DNA of 48,044 bases from Sphingobium sp. (GTDB lineage Bacteria; Pseudomonadota; Alphaproteobacteria; Sphingomonadales; Sphingomonadaceae), in the NCBI GenBank assembly GCA_050176605.1, contig JBFXHW010000001.1, positions 1 through 48,044 of the forward strand, written 5' to 3'. The position numbers and the translations under genes are program-made. Positions 9,204-17,909 of this stretch are shown piece after piece; the first letter of the stretch is position 1; each line of letters opens with the position of its first letter. Below the pieces are notes generated by a model. The model was not told the origin of the DNA. It was given only the letters and a program-made list of their open reading frames with translations, and ran no database searches.

Positions 9204-11165
9204 TCAGAGGACGAGATCGCCCACGCCGGTCAGATGGGCGTTCTGAACATTGATCTGAAAGTCGGCCTTTCCGTCGCCATCGACATCGCCCATTACATAG
9301 GACGAATGAACCCGCGCATTATAGGCGATGACCAGCTCGCCCGCCGTGCCGCTGAAGCTGCTGACGAGGGTGAAGGCATCGTCCGAACCGCCCGCGATCG
9401 CATCGATCCCCGAAACGTCGATCTTGTCGCCTTGCGCCGAGGAGAAGTCCTTGATGAAATCGGCCGAAGCCTTGGTCGAGTCGGCGATATCGGCGAAGAC
9501 GAAGATGTCCGCACCCTTGCCGCCGACGAGGCCATCGCGACCCAGACCACCCTGCAGCACGTCGTTGCCGTCGCCACCCAGAATATAGTCGTCGCCATCG
9601 CCACCGATCAGCGAATCATTGCCCTTGCCGCCGTCGATACGGTCGTTGCCCGCACCGCCGAACACCTGATCGTCGCCATCTCCGGCACGGACATTGTCCT
9701 TCCCCGAACCGGCGTAGATGATGTCGTTGCCGGCATAGCCCATGAAGGTTTCATCGGCATAGCTTCCGCGCAATATGTCATCCAGCTCCGTGCCCGTCGT
9801 GGTCGGATCGTCAACGAACATGGCGAGCAACTGTCCCATTTCCACCGTGGCGGGGTCGCCGGACGAGGCGTGCACCTGCGCATCGAGCAGATAGGCACGG
9901 GTTGTCGCGCTGCCCAGAAGCGAGGTGACGTCGATGATGCCGGAGCTTTCCTCGTCCTGGGTGATGAAGCCGGCCGCGCCCGGACCGAACAGCGCGGGGT
10001 CGAACCCGGCAACCTGGTTCAGCGTATCGCTGGCGATGTCATACTCCCAGACCTTGGCGATGTAGCTCTGGTTGCCCGGATCTTCCTGCAGGATCACCTT
10101 CCCGTTCGCGACCGTGAGGTTGTCGAACATGTGCTGGCCTTCCGATCCGTCGAGCACCGCCGTGATCGTGCCGCCCGCTTCCGGGTTGGTGATGTCGTTG
10201 AACGTCGCCTGATAGAGGCGGCTGTTGCCGTTGAAGCTGTTGGTCGTCGTGAAGTAGAGGACATTGGGATTGTCCGGATCCCATGCGCTGTCTTCCGGGC
10301 GCAGGAAGCTCGTGACCCCCTTCGCCTCGCTGTCGGCGTCGATAGCGGCACCGGTCATGTCCGAAACGTCGCCGGTGGCGCCGATCGCCTCCAGCGTGAA
10401 AGTCCCGCCGACAGCCGTGGCATCGGTCTCGTCGGTCATGCCCGCGACCTTGATGCCATAGAAAAGGCCGTTGGTAAGGCCAGCCATGTCGATGTCGCTG
10501 CCGGTCGACTGTTTGCTGCCGACATAGATGTAGACCTGGCCGTTGGTGCCGTCGTCCGTCGCGGCGACAATCGTCTTGGCCTGGGCGAAGGGGTTGGCCG
10601 TCACATTCTCATAAGCCAGGTTGCCGAGGAACGGCAGCTCATAGGCATTGCCCATATTGGCACCGCTGACGATCGTACCGACCGCGCGGCCTTCCGTGCC
10701 GCTCTCCTCTCCGGTCAGGTAGATGCGGGCGCTGGTGCCGAGGCCCGTTGTCGGATCGTAAAAGGCCGAAGGCGCGGCGAGATCGCCCGAGCAGAAACGG
10801 CTGAACGCGGTCGTGCCCGTTACATAGGTGTCGTTCACATCGTCCCAGAGGTTCAGTGTCTGCATCGCATCGTCGCCCGAAACGACGGCAAGCGTGCTCT
10901 TGTCGATCACCAGCCGGTCAATATAAGCGCCGATCGAACCGTGATCATGCACCGTGCCGACTGCATTGTTGAATTCGTGATTGACGATCACGGAGAGAGT
11001 TCCGTCGCCATTGTCGAACGCGCCAATGCCGTCGGGAATGCCCCCGAACACACCGCTCGTGCTGCCCGGGAGCGTATCGCCCACCGAGATGATCGAGGTG
11101 AAACGGACATTGGGTTCGGCGGCGAGAAGATAGGGCGAAAGGGAAGAAGAAGGTCCTGTGGTCAT
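9204..11165 (-). CDS. PhoX/DUF839-like phosphatase with C-terminal RTX calcium-binding repeats (probable type I secretion substrate)
   Basis: PhoX-like motifs VNHE, RFCSG, TGEE, YENV, RPED, FDNL, QED, ESSGIID; no N-terminal signal; GGxGxD nonapeptides and a serralysin-like tail (DFSSAQGDKIDVSGIDA, GDVDGDGKADF). Confidence 0.7.
   Translation of the reverse strand: MTTGPSSSLSPYLLAAEPNVRFTSIISVGDTLPGSTSGVFGGIPDGIGAFDNGDGTLSVIVNHEFNNAVGTVHDHGSIGAYIDRLVIDKSTLAVVSGDDAMQTLNLWDDVNDTYVTGTTAFSRFCSGDLAAPSAFYDPTTGLGTSARIYLTGEESGTEGRAVGTIVSGANMGNAYELPFLGNLAYENVTANPFAQAKTIVAATDDGTNGQVYIYVGSKQSTGSDIDMAGLTNGLFYGIKVAGMTDETDATAVGGTFTLEAIGATGDVSDMTGAAIDADSEAKGVTSFLRPEDSAWDPDNPNVLYFTTTNSFNGNSRLYQATFNDITNPEAGGTITAVLDGSEGQHMFDNLTVANGKVILQEDPGNQSYIAKVWEYDIASDTLNQVAGFDPALFGPGAAGFITQDEESSGIIDVTSLLGSATTRAYLLDAQVHASSGDPATVEMGQLLAMFVDDPTTTGTELDDILRGSYADETFMGYAGNDIIYAGSGKDNVRAGDGDDQVFGGAGNDRIDGGKGNDSLIGGDGDDYILGGDGNDVLQGGLGRDGLVGGKGADIFVFADIADSTKASADFIKDFSSAQGDKIDVSGIDAIAGGSDDAFTLVSSFSGTAGELVIAYNARVHSSYVMGDVDGDGKADFQINVQNAHLTGVGDLVL
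9495..9794 (-). repeat. RTX (GGxGxDxxx) nonapeptide repeat array
   Basis: About 9 to 11 tandem units, for example GGAGNDRID, GGKGNDSLI, GGDGDDYIL, GGDGNDVLQ, GGLGRDGLV. Confidence 0.9.
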
Positions 11166-11428
11166 GATGGCATCCCTGTGCTGAAGAAAGGCGGATGCCT
11201 GCTAGCGCGAGCGCGTGACGTCCCCATTATGGATCGATTGCGAATTGGCGACAGTTTCGCGATGTCACTGTAACAATATGGCGGGGCAGGGCGCGTTCCG
11301 CGCAAAGCGGTGCCTTTCGCAGGGATAGCGCCGCAACAGGCATTTGCCTTGGTTTCCTTGCCGGTTACCAAATTTCAAGCCTTTGGACTTATGCCCTCCG
11401 CAAAACAGGACAATCCAAAGGAATTGCC

Positions 11429-13297
11429 GTGCCCAAGAGTTTGACCATTTCGGCAAAGATGCTGACCGCCTTCGCGGCGCTGCTGGCTCTCGTGGCCGCG
11501 ATCGGCGTGTTTGCGATGATGAAGATCGGAGAGGTGAATTCGCTGTCGAGCGAGATGCGGTCGCGCACGCTGCCCGCCACGCAACTGATCGGCGATATTC
11601 ATGCCTACACGTCGCAATACCGGATTCAGCAGAGCGGCCACATCTCGGCGCCTACTCCCGAGGCCAAGGCCAAGGCAGAAAAGATGCTGAAGAACGCGGG
11701 TGGCGCCATATCTGGCATGCTGGACGATTATGAGCCCCTGCTCAAAAGCAGCGAGCAGAAGGCGCTGTTTGCCGATCTGAAGACAAACTGGGCGCAATAT
11801 CAGAATCTCACCGCTCAGATGGTCGCGCTTTCGGACGCGAACGATCCGGCCGCGCTGGACATGTTCAACGGCGAGGCGCTCGACATGTTCTATACGGTAG
11901 AGGACAGCATTCTTCAGCTGATGGACCTCAACCAGAAGGGCGGACAGGAACTGACCGCCCAGAGCGAGAAAATCTATGCAGAATCTCGCAAGATGTTGCT
12001 CGCCGCGATCGGCCTCGGCCTGGTCGTTACGATCCTCCTGACCGCCCTCCTGATGCAAACGGTCGCAAAGCCAATCAAGCGGATGGCCGGTTCGGTAAGC
12101 CGTCTGGTCGACGGCGACCTCTCTGTCGAGGTCCCCGGCATGAACCGCAGGGATGAGCTGGGCAGCCTTGCCCGGGCGCTGGACAGCTTCAAGGCGCTGT
12201 TCGCTGCCGACAAGGAGCGGGCGGAAGCCGAGGCCGTGCGCGCCCGCGAGACCGAGTTGACGATTGAAGCTATAGGTAGCGGCCTTTCCGCGCTCGCCCA
12301 GGGTAATCTCACCTATAGCGTCAGCGACGACGCAACCGGACCGCTGGCCAAGCTGCATACCGACTATAACGAGGCGGTATCGCATTTGCGGCAGGCGCTG
12401 GCCGAGATCGTGGACGGGTGCAATACGATCAAGAACGGCACGAACGAGATCGCGCAGGCTTCGTCGGATCTTTCACTCCGCACGGAACGCCAGGCCGAAT
12501 CGCTGGCCCACACATCCAAGACGCTCGGCGAGTTCACCGATTCGGTGAAGGTAGCGGCGGACAATGCGCATCAGACGAGCAGCCGTCTGGCGGTTGCCCG
12601 CGCCTCGGCCGAGAAGGTCGATGAAACCGCCAAGCAGGCAGTCGTCGCGATGCGCAATATCGAGGCATCGTCGAAGGAGATGACGGAGATCATCACCACC
12701 ATCGACGGTCTGGCCTTCCAGACCAACCTTCTGGCGCTCAATGCGGGCGTCGAGGCTGCACGTGCCGGCGCATCGGGCGCGGGCTTCGCGGTCGTCGCGA
12801 CCGAAGTCCGGCATCTGGCCCAGCGTTCGGCCGAAGCGGCCAATTCCATCCGTCAGCTGGTGGCAACCTCGTCGGCCCAGATCAACGATGGCGTATCGCT
12901 TGTGGAGAACAGCGGCGAGGCGCTGCGCCAGATCGTCACCGAGGTAACCGAGGTTTCCGACCTGATGGACGGGATCGCCAAGGCGGCCGGGCGTCAGGCC
13001 AGCGGCCTTTCCGAAATCTCCGAGATGGTTACGGCCATGGACACCACCACGCAGCAGAACGCCGCGATGGTGGAGGAGAGCACGGCGAGCTCGCGCAACC
13101 TCAACACCGAAACCGAACGTCTGGTCGAACAGCTCTCCTTCTTCGAGATCGGCCGCCCGGCCGGCACTTTCGGATATCCCGAGGACGGGATTGCGGGCGA
13201 GAGCGAGCGGCACGCGCCATACCGGAAGGCCGCAGCGCCCGCGAGCCATGGCAACCTTGCACTCAGCATCGAGGAGGATGACTGGGAGGAGTTCTGA
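11429..13297 (+). CDS. Membrane methyl-accepting chemotaxis protein (four-helix-bundle sensor, HAMP, signalling domain, C-terminal pentapeptide)
   Basis: Two TM helices around a periplasmic helical domain, HAMP motif RRDELGSLARAL, FQTNLLALNAGVEAARAG, C-terminal DWEEF (NWETF-type CheR/CheB tether). GTG start. Confidence 0.93.
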   Translation: MPKSLTISAKMLTAFAALLALVAAIGVFAMMKIGEVNSLSSEMRSRTLPATQLIGDIHAYTSQYRIQQSGHISAPTPEAKAKAEKMLKNAGGAISGMLDDYEPLLKSSEQKALFADLKTNWAQYQNLTAQMVALSDANDPAALDMFNGEALDMFYTVEDSILQLMDLNQKGGQELTAQSEKIYAESRKMLLAAIGLGLVVTILLTALLMQTVAKPIKRMAGSVSRLVDGDLSVEVPGMNRRDELGSLARALDSFKALFAADKERAEAEAVRARETELTIEAIGSGLSALAQGNLTYSVSDDATGPLAKLHTDYNEAVSHLRQALAEIVDGCNTIKNGTNEIAQASSDLSLRTERQAESLAHTSKTLGEFTDSVKVAADNAHQTSSRLAVARASAEKVDETAKQAVVAMRNIEASSKEMTEIITTIDGLAFQTNLLALNAGVEAARAGASGAGFAVVATEVRHLAQRSAEAANSIRQLVATSSAQINDGVSLVENSGEALRQIVTEVTEVSDLMDGIAKAAGRQASGLSEISEMVTAMDTTTQQNAAMVEESTASSRNLNTETERLVEQLSFFEIGRPAGTFGYPEDGIAGESERHAPYRKAAAPASHGNLALSIEEDDWEEF

Positions 13298-13328
13298 CCC
13301 CCGGCATCGTGCGAACCTGTCCGTTTAC

Positions 13329-13360
13329 AGGCCCGGCGTCAGACGATGCCGGGCCTTTTC
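13329..13360 (+). terminator. Intrinsic terminator after the MCP gene
   Basis: AGGCCCGGCGTC-agac-GATGCCGGGCCT followed by TTT. Confidence 0.7.
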
Positions 13361-13423
13361 CGTTGCGGTGCCCCAGATGGCCCGTCGGCCGTATCGCGCT
13401 CGAAACTCGACAAAAAACAGAGA

Positions 13424-13450
13424 TAAATCAAAAATTTACCATGGCGATAA
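13424..13450 (+). promoter_or_regulatory. Sigma28 (FliA)-type promoter upstream of the TonB-domain gene
   Basis: TAAA-N15-GGCGATAA, 11 of 12 matches to TAAA-N15-GCCGATAA, preceded by an A-rich tract. Confidence 0.65.
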
Positions 13451-13535
13451 ACCGTCTCTTATCCGCTGCGGGCTATCAGGATGATCACCGGTCTATCTTC
13501 ATTTCTGGATGAAGTCTGAGGAAGGAATAAGAAAA

Positions 13536-13886
13536 ATGTTCAAGAATATCGCCGGCAAGGCACTGGTCGCCGCCGCCGTCGCCACCGTCGCCGTCTCTCC
13601 CGCGTTCGCGCAGCCCGCCGCCTGGCAGCAGGCTGTCGCCCGTCAGATCGCTTCCAAGCAGACCTATCCCCGTGCGGCGCAGATGCGCGGCGACGAGGGC
13701 ACCGTCAAGGTGAAGGTCTTTGTCGGCGCCGACGGTTCGGTACAGAAAACCGAGATGGTCACGCCGTCCGGTTCGTCGGTCCTCGACCGCGAAGCACTTG
13801 CCCTGCCGGCGAAGGTCGGCAACCTGCCCGCTCCTCCGGGCGGCGCGACGGCCATCGTGCTGCCGCTGACCTATAAGCTGATGTAA
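13536..13886 (+). CDS. Exported stand-alone TonB C-terminal domain protein (116 aa)
   Basis: Signal peptide ending PAFA-Q; YPRAAQMRGDEGTVKVKVFVGADGSV...SGSSVLDREAL is the TonB C-terminal pattern; no proline-rich linker. Confidence 0.85.
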   Translation: MFKNIAGKALVAAAVATVAVSPAFAQPAAWQQAVARQIASKQTYPRAAQMRGDEGTVKVKVFVGADGSVQKTEMVTPSGSSVLDREALALPAKVGNLPAPPGGATAIVLPLTYKLM

Positions 13887-13914
13887 GCACCGCGCCTTCC
13901 CGCGGACGTTATTC

Positions 13915-13979
13915 CGGTCCGCCTCTCTCCGCATTCATGGCCCGCCGGGGTCGCGGAAAGAGGCGGACCGAATTTTATT
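13915..13979 (+). terminator. Long stem-loop, possible terminator after the TonB-domain gene
   Basis: CGGTCCGCCTCTCTCCGC (13915-13932) pairs 17/18 with GCGGAAAGAGGCGGACCG (13953-13970); AATTTTATT follows. Confidence 0.55.
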
Positions 13980-14076
13980 GCTGCCATTGCTCATCCGGGA
14001 AAAGTGCCACTGCGCCTCTGGTACAGCGCACAAAAATTGCCTAAGCTCCTCGCTCTCCGCCAATGGGAGCGCAGCC

Positions 14077-14415
14077 ATGAGTTTCCTTCGTACGGCATTC
14101 TGGGTAGTCGTCGCCGTCTTTCTGGCGGTGTTTACCGTGACGAACTGGGATGCCCCCCAGCCGAACACGCCCGGCCGTATCGCCATCGCGCTATGGGGCA
14201 CCAATGTCCTGGAGGTGCGCCTTCCGATCCTGATCATCTGCGCCTTTCTGCTGGGCCTGGTGCCGACATGGCTCTGGGGCCGCGCGCGCAAGTGGCAATT
14301 GCAGCGCAAGCTCAACAGCGCCGAGCGGGCGCTGGCAAGCGCGGTCGCCACGCAACAGACCGAAGCGGCGCTGGCCCGGCCGCAATCGCTTCCCGTCGAT
14401 CCGGATCCCGCATGA
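14077..14415 (+). CDS. lapA: LapA (DUF1049)-family membrane protein
   Basis: Two TM segments with F-x3-N and LPILIICAFLLG, then a basic coiled coil; ATGA overlap with pyrF. Confidence 0.7.
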   Translation: MSFLRTAFWVVVAVFLAVFTVTNWDAPQPNTPGRIAIALWGTNVLEVRLPILIICAFLLGLVPTWLWGRARKWQLQRKLNSAERALASAVATQQTEAALARPQSLPVDPDPA

Positions 14416-15086
14416 CCAGACCCATTTATGTGGCGATCGACACGCCGGACCTCGATCGCGCGAAAAGCCTGGCGGCACGCGTTCACAACCATGTCGGTGG
14501 CATCAAGCTTGGCCTCGAGTTCTTCTGCGCCAACGGCCACCATGGCGTGCACGAAATGGCGAAGGTTGGTCTGCCCATCTTCCTCGACCTGAAGCTGCAC
14601 GACATCCCCAATACCGTCGCCAAGGCGGTTCACGCACTGCATGTACTGGAACCAGCGGTCCTCACCGTCCACGCATCCGGCGGCCGCGCGATGCTGGAGG
14701 ATGCGAAGGCCGCGGCCGGGCGCAACACAAAAGTGGTCGCCGTAACCGTGCTTACCAGCCTTGATGCGAGCGATCTCGATGAAACCGGAGTCGCGCGCGG
14801 CGCTGCTGCGCAGGTCGAGCGCCTGGCCGATCTCGCACAGGATGCGGGGCTGGATGGCATCGTCTGCTCAGGCGAGGAGGTCGGCCTCATCCGCGATCGC
14901 TGGCCGGGCGGCTTCCTCGTCGTGCCGGGCGTGCGACCGGCGGGCGGCCGCAAGGGCGACCAGAAGCGCGCGGTGACGCCGCGCGCGGCCATCGACGCGG
15001 GTGCCTCGATCATTGTCATCGGGCGCCCGATCAGCCAGGCGAAGGACCCCGATCTCGCGGCGCGCGAGATCGAAGCCACGCTGTAG
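14412..15086 (+). CDS. pyrF: Orotidine-5'-phosphate decarboxylase
   Basis: FLDLKLHDIPNTV signature, LTVHASGG, VPGVRP, GDQKRAVTP, VIGRPI. Confidence 0.97.
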   Translation: MTRPIYVAIDTPDLDRAKSLAARVHNHVGGIKLGLEFFCANGHHGVHEMAKVGLPIFLDLKLHDIPNTVAKAVHALHVLEPAVLTVHASGGRAMLEDAKAAAGRNTKVVAVTVLTSLDASDLDETGVARGAAAQVERLADLAQDAGLDGIVCSGEEVGLIRDRWPGGFLVVPGVRPAGGRKGDQKRAVTPRAAIDAGASIIVIGRPISQAKDPDLAAREIEATL

Positions 15087-15126
15087 AATTTCCCTTGCGC
15101 GCCTGTTGCCGCTACTTCGCGCAGTC

Positions 15127-15774
15127 ATGTCCCGAATCGCGGTAAAGATCTGCGGGCTGTCGACGCCCGAAACGCTGGAGGCCGCGCTCGCTGCGGGCGC
15201 GAACCATGTCGGCTTCGTCCATTTCGCGAAAAGCCCGCGTCATGTGACCGCAGACCGGCTGGCGCAGCTCGCGGCGCGCGTGCCCGACCATGTCGGAAAG
15301 GTCGCGGTCGTCGTCGATCCGGACGACGCGGCGATAGAAGAGCTTGCGCACGCAGCCAGGATCGATGCGCTGCAACTGCACGGAAACGAGCCGCCGGCAC
15401 GCCTCGCCGCAATCCGCGCCCGCTTTCCGGGCCTGGCGCTGTGGAAGGCGGTTCCGGTAAAGACCCGGGCCGATATCGAAGCGGCCTCGGCCTATCGAAC
15501 CGTCGCCGACCTCGTCCTCTTCGACGCGAAAACGCCGGACAATGCGGCACTGCCCGGCGGCATGGGGCTTCGCTTCGACTGGAAACTGCTTTCGGGCCAC
15601 GATCCCCGCATGCCATGGGGCCTCTCCGGCGGACTCGACCCGGCCAATGTCGCCGAGGCTATCCGCATCACAGGCGCGCCGCTGGCCGATGTCTCGTCCG
15701 GCGTCGAAAGCGCGCCCGGCATCAAGGATGTGGACAAGATCGCCGCTTTCTGCAAAGCGGTTTCGCGATGCTGA
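15127..15774 (+). CDS. trpF: Phosphoribosylanthranilate isomerase
   Basis: VKICGL, SPRHV, QLHGNE, GGMGLRFDW, LSGGL, DVSSGVE. Confidence 0.96.
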   Translation: MSRIAVKICGLSTPETLEAALAAGANHVGFVHFAKSPRHVTADRLAQLAARVPDHVGKVAVVVDPDDAAIEELAHAARIDALQLHGNEPPARLAAIRARFPGLALWKAVPVKTRADIEAASAYRTVADLVLFDAKTPDNAALPGGMGLRFDWKLLSGHDPRMPWGLSGGLDPANVAEAIRITGAPLADVSSGVESAPGIKDVDKIAAFCKAVSRC

Positions 15775-15818
15775 CGCTGGCCCTCCCTTTCGAGCGCAAC
15801 TGGAGACGATGGCGCTGA
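15768..15818 (+). CDS. Putative Trp-containing leader peptide ([16 protein letters not shown]) upstream of trpB
   Basis: ATG overlaps the last 7 nt of trpF; Trp codons at 15801 and 15810; a hairpin (15817-15844) follows. Confidence 0.6.
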   Translation: MLTLALPFERNWRRWR

Positions 15819-15876
15819 TTGCCGCCGCCGCACGGCGGGCGATCCCTCCATGCTGTTCCACGAAAGCGAAACGACC

Positions 15877-17100
15877 ATGACCGATATCGTCGCATCTTCC
15901 AATTCATTGCGAACCCAGCCCGATGAAAACGGGCATTTCGGCCAGTTCGGCGGCCGCTACGTCGCCGAAACGCTGATGCCCCTCATCCTCGAACTCGAAC
16001 GCGAATATCGCGCGGCAAAACAGGACCCGGCGTTCGAGGAGGAGTTTCAGTATCTCCTCCGTCAATATGTCGGGCGGCCCAATCCGCTCTATTATGCGCG
16101 GCGCCTGACCGAGGACCTGGGCGGCGCGAAGATCTACCTGAAGCGCGAGGAACTGAACCACACCGGCGCGCACAAGATCAACAACTGCATCGGCCAGATC
16201 CTGCTGGCCAAGCGCATGGGCAAGACGCGCATCATTGCCGAGACCGGCGCGGGCCAGCACGGCGTTGCCACCGCGACCGTGGCGGCATTGTTCAACATCC
16301 CCTGCACCATCTTCATGGGCGCGCTGGATGTGGAACGCCAGCAACCCAATGTGTTCCGCATGAAGCTCCTGGGCGCCGAGGTCCGCCCGGTGGAATCGGG
16401 CGCGAAGACGCTGAAGGATGCGATGAACGAGGCGCTGCGCGACTGGGTCGCGAACGTCCACGATACCTTCTACATCATCGGCACGGTCGCCGGGCCGCAC
16501 CCCTATCCCGAGCTGGTGCGCGATTTCCAGAGCGTGATCGGCAAGGAAACGCGCGAGCAGATACTGGAGGCGGAGGGCCGCCTGCCGGATATGCTGGTGG
16601 CGTGCGTTGGCGGCGGTTCCAACGCCATCGGCATGTTCCACCCCTTCCTTGACGACAGGGATGTAGAGATCGTCGGCGTCGAGGCGGCGGGTTACGGCCT
16701 CGAAACCGGCCAGCATGCGGCGAGCATCGCGGGTGGTTATCCCGGCGTGCTTCACGGCAACAAGACCTTCCTGCTGCAGGACGAGGACGGCCAGATCACA
16801 GAGGCGCACAGCATATCGGCGGGACTCGACTATCCCGGCATCGGCCCGGAGCACGCATGGCTGCACGAGATCGGCCGGGTGCGGTACGAGCCCGTGACGG
16901 ACGACGAGGCGCTTGCTGCGTTCCAGAAGCTCTGCCGCCTCGAAGGTATCATCCCGGCGCTGGAATCCTCTCACGCGCTTGCCGCGCTCGAAAAGCTCGC
17001 GCCGAAAATGGGGAAGGACCAGATCATCGTCGTCAACCTCTCCGGGCGCGGCGACAAGGACATCTTCACCGTCGCGAAGGCGCTGGGGGTGGAGATATGA
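15877..17100 (+). CDS. trpB: Tryptophan synthase beta chain
   Basis: [14 protein letters not shown]-lysine motif, [35 protein letters not shown]. Confidence 0.98.
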   Translation: MTDIVASSNSLRTQPDENGHFGQFGGRYVAETLMPLILELEREYRAAKQDPAFEEEFQYLLRQYVGRPNPLYYARRLTEDLGGAKIYLKREELNHTGAHKINNCIGQILLAKRMGKTRIIAETGAGQHGVATATVAALFNIPCTIFMGALDVERQQPNVFRMKLLGAEVRPVESGAKTLKDAMNEALRDWVANVHDTFYIIGTVAGPHPYPELVRDFQSVIGKETREQILEAEGRLPDMLVACVGGGSNAIGMFHPFLDDRDVEIVGVEAAGYGLETGQHAASIAGGYPGVLHGNKTFLLQDEDGQITEAHSISAGLDYPGIGPEHAWLHEIGRVRYEPVTDDEALAAFQKLCRLEGIIPALESSHALAALEKLAPKMGKDQIIVVNLSGRGDKDIFTVAKALGVEI

Positions 17101-17909
17101 CCTCCGATCGCATCGCCTCCACCTTTGCAAAATGCCGCGAGGAAGGCCGCGCGGCGCTGGTGTGCTTCATCACCGGCGGCGATCCGACGCCCGGCGATAC
17201 CGGCGCGATGCTCGATGCGCTGGTCGAAGGCGGCGCGGACCTGATCGAACTCGGCATGCCGTTCACCGATCCGATGGCGGATGGCCCGGCGATCCAGAAA
17301 GCCAATCTGCGCAGCCTTGGCGCGGGCACGAGGACTGCCGATCTCCTGTCCATCGCCGCCGATTTTCGCGGTCGGCATCCCGAGACCCCCCTCATCCTGA
17401 TGGGCTATGCCAATCCGATGATCCGCCGCGGGGCCGACTGGTTCGCCACCGCCGCGCGCGATGCGGGCGTGGACGGCGTCATCTGCGTCGACATCCCGAC
17501 CGAAGAGGATGGCGAGCTCGGCCCGGCGCTGCGCGGCGCGGGCGTACACCTCATTCGCCTCGCGACGCCGACGACGGACAAGGCGCGTCTGCCCGCCGTG
17601 CTGCAAGGATCAGGCGGCTTTCTCTACTATGTCTCGGTCGCGGGCATCACCGGCCTGCAACAGGCGGCGCAGGCCAGCATCGAAACCGCCGTGGCGCATC
17701 TCAAATCCGGGACGGACCTGCCCGTTGCCGTCGGCTTCGGCGTCCGCACACCCGAGCAGGCAGCCGCGATCGGGCGCGTTGCGGACGGGGTTGTCGTCGG
17801 CTCCGCCATCGTCGATATTGTCGGCCAATACGGAGCAGAAGCGGCGCCCCATGTGCGCGATTATGTCGCCTCGCTGCACGCCGCGCTCACACAGAAGGAA
17901 AACGCCTGA
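17097..17909 (+). CDS. trpA: Tryptophan synthase alpha chain
   Basis: [42 protein letters not shown]; ATGA overlap with trpB. Confidence 0.98.
   Translation: MTSDRIASTFAKCREEGRAALVCFITGGDPTPGDTGAMLDALVEGGADLIELGMPFTDPMADGPAIQKANLRSLGAGTRTADLLSIAADFRGRHPETPLILMGYANPMIRRGADWFATAARDAGVDGVICVDIPTEEDGELGPALRGAGVHLIRLATPTTDKARLPAVLQGSGGFLYYVSVAGITGLQQAAQASIETAVAHLKSGTDLPVAVGFGVRTPEQAAAIGRVADGVVVGSAIVDIVGQYGAEAAPHVRDYVASLHAALTQKENA

Noticed and set aside
9495-9794. 27-nt periodic repeats as a possible CRISPR or non-coding array
   Set aside because: They are in-frame RTX nonapeptide codons, with no constant repeat and unique spacer structure.
9201-11273. 690-aa plus-strand ORF
   Set aside because: Codon-aligned antisense shadow of the PhoX-like/RTX gene. 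It has no recognisable motifs, and such shadows are expected from high-GC codon bias.
11290-11428. Sigma28 promoter for the membrane MCP
   Set aside because: TCAAG is present, but no GCCGATAA-like element lies at the right spacing.
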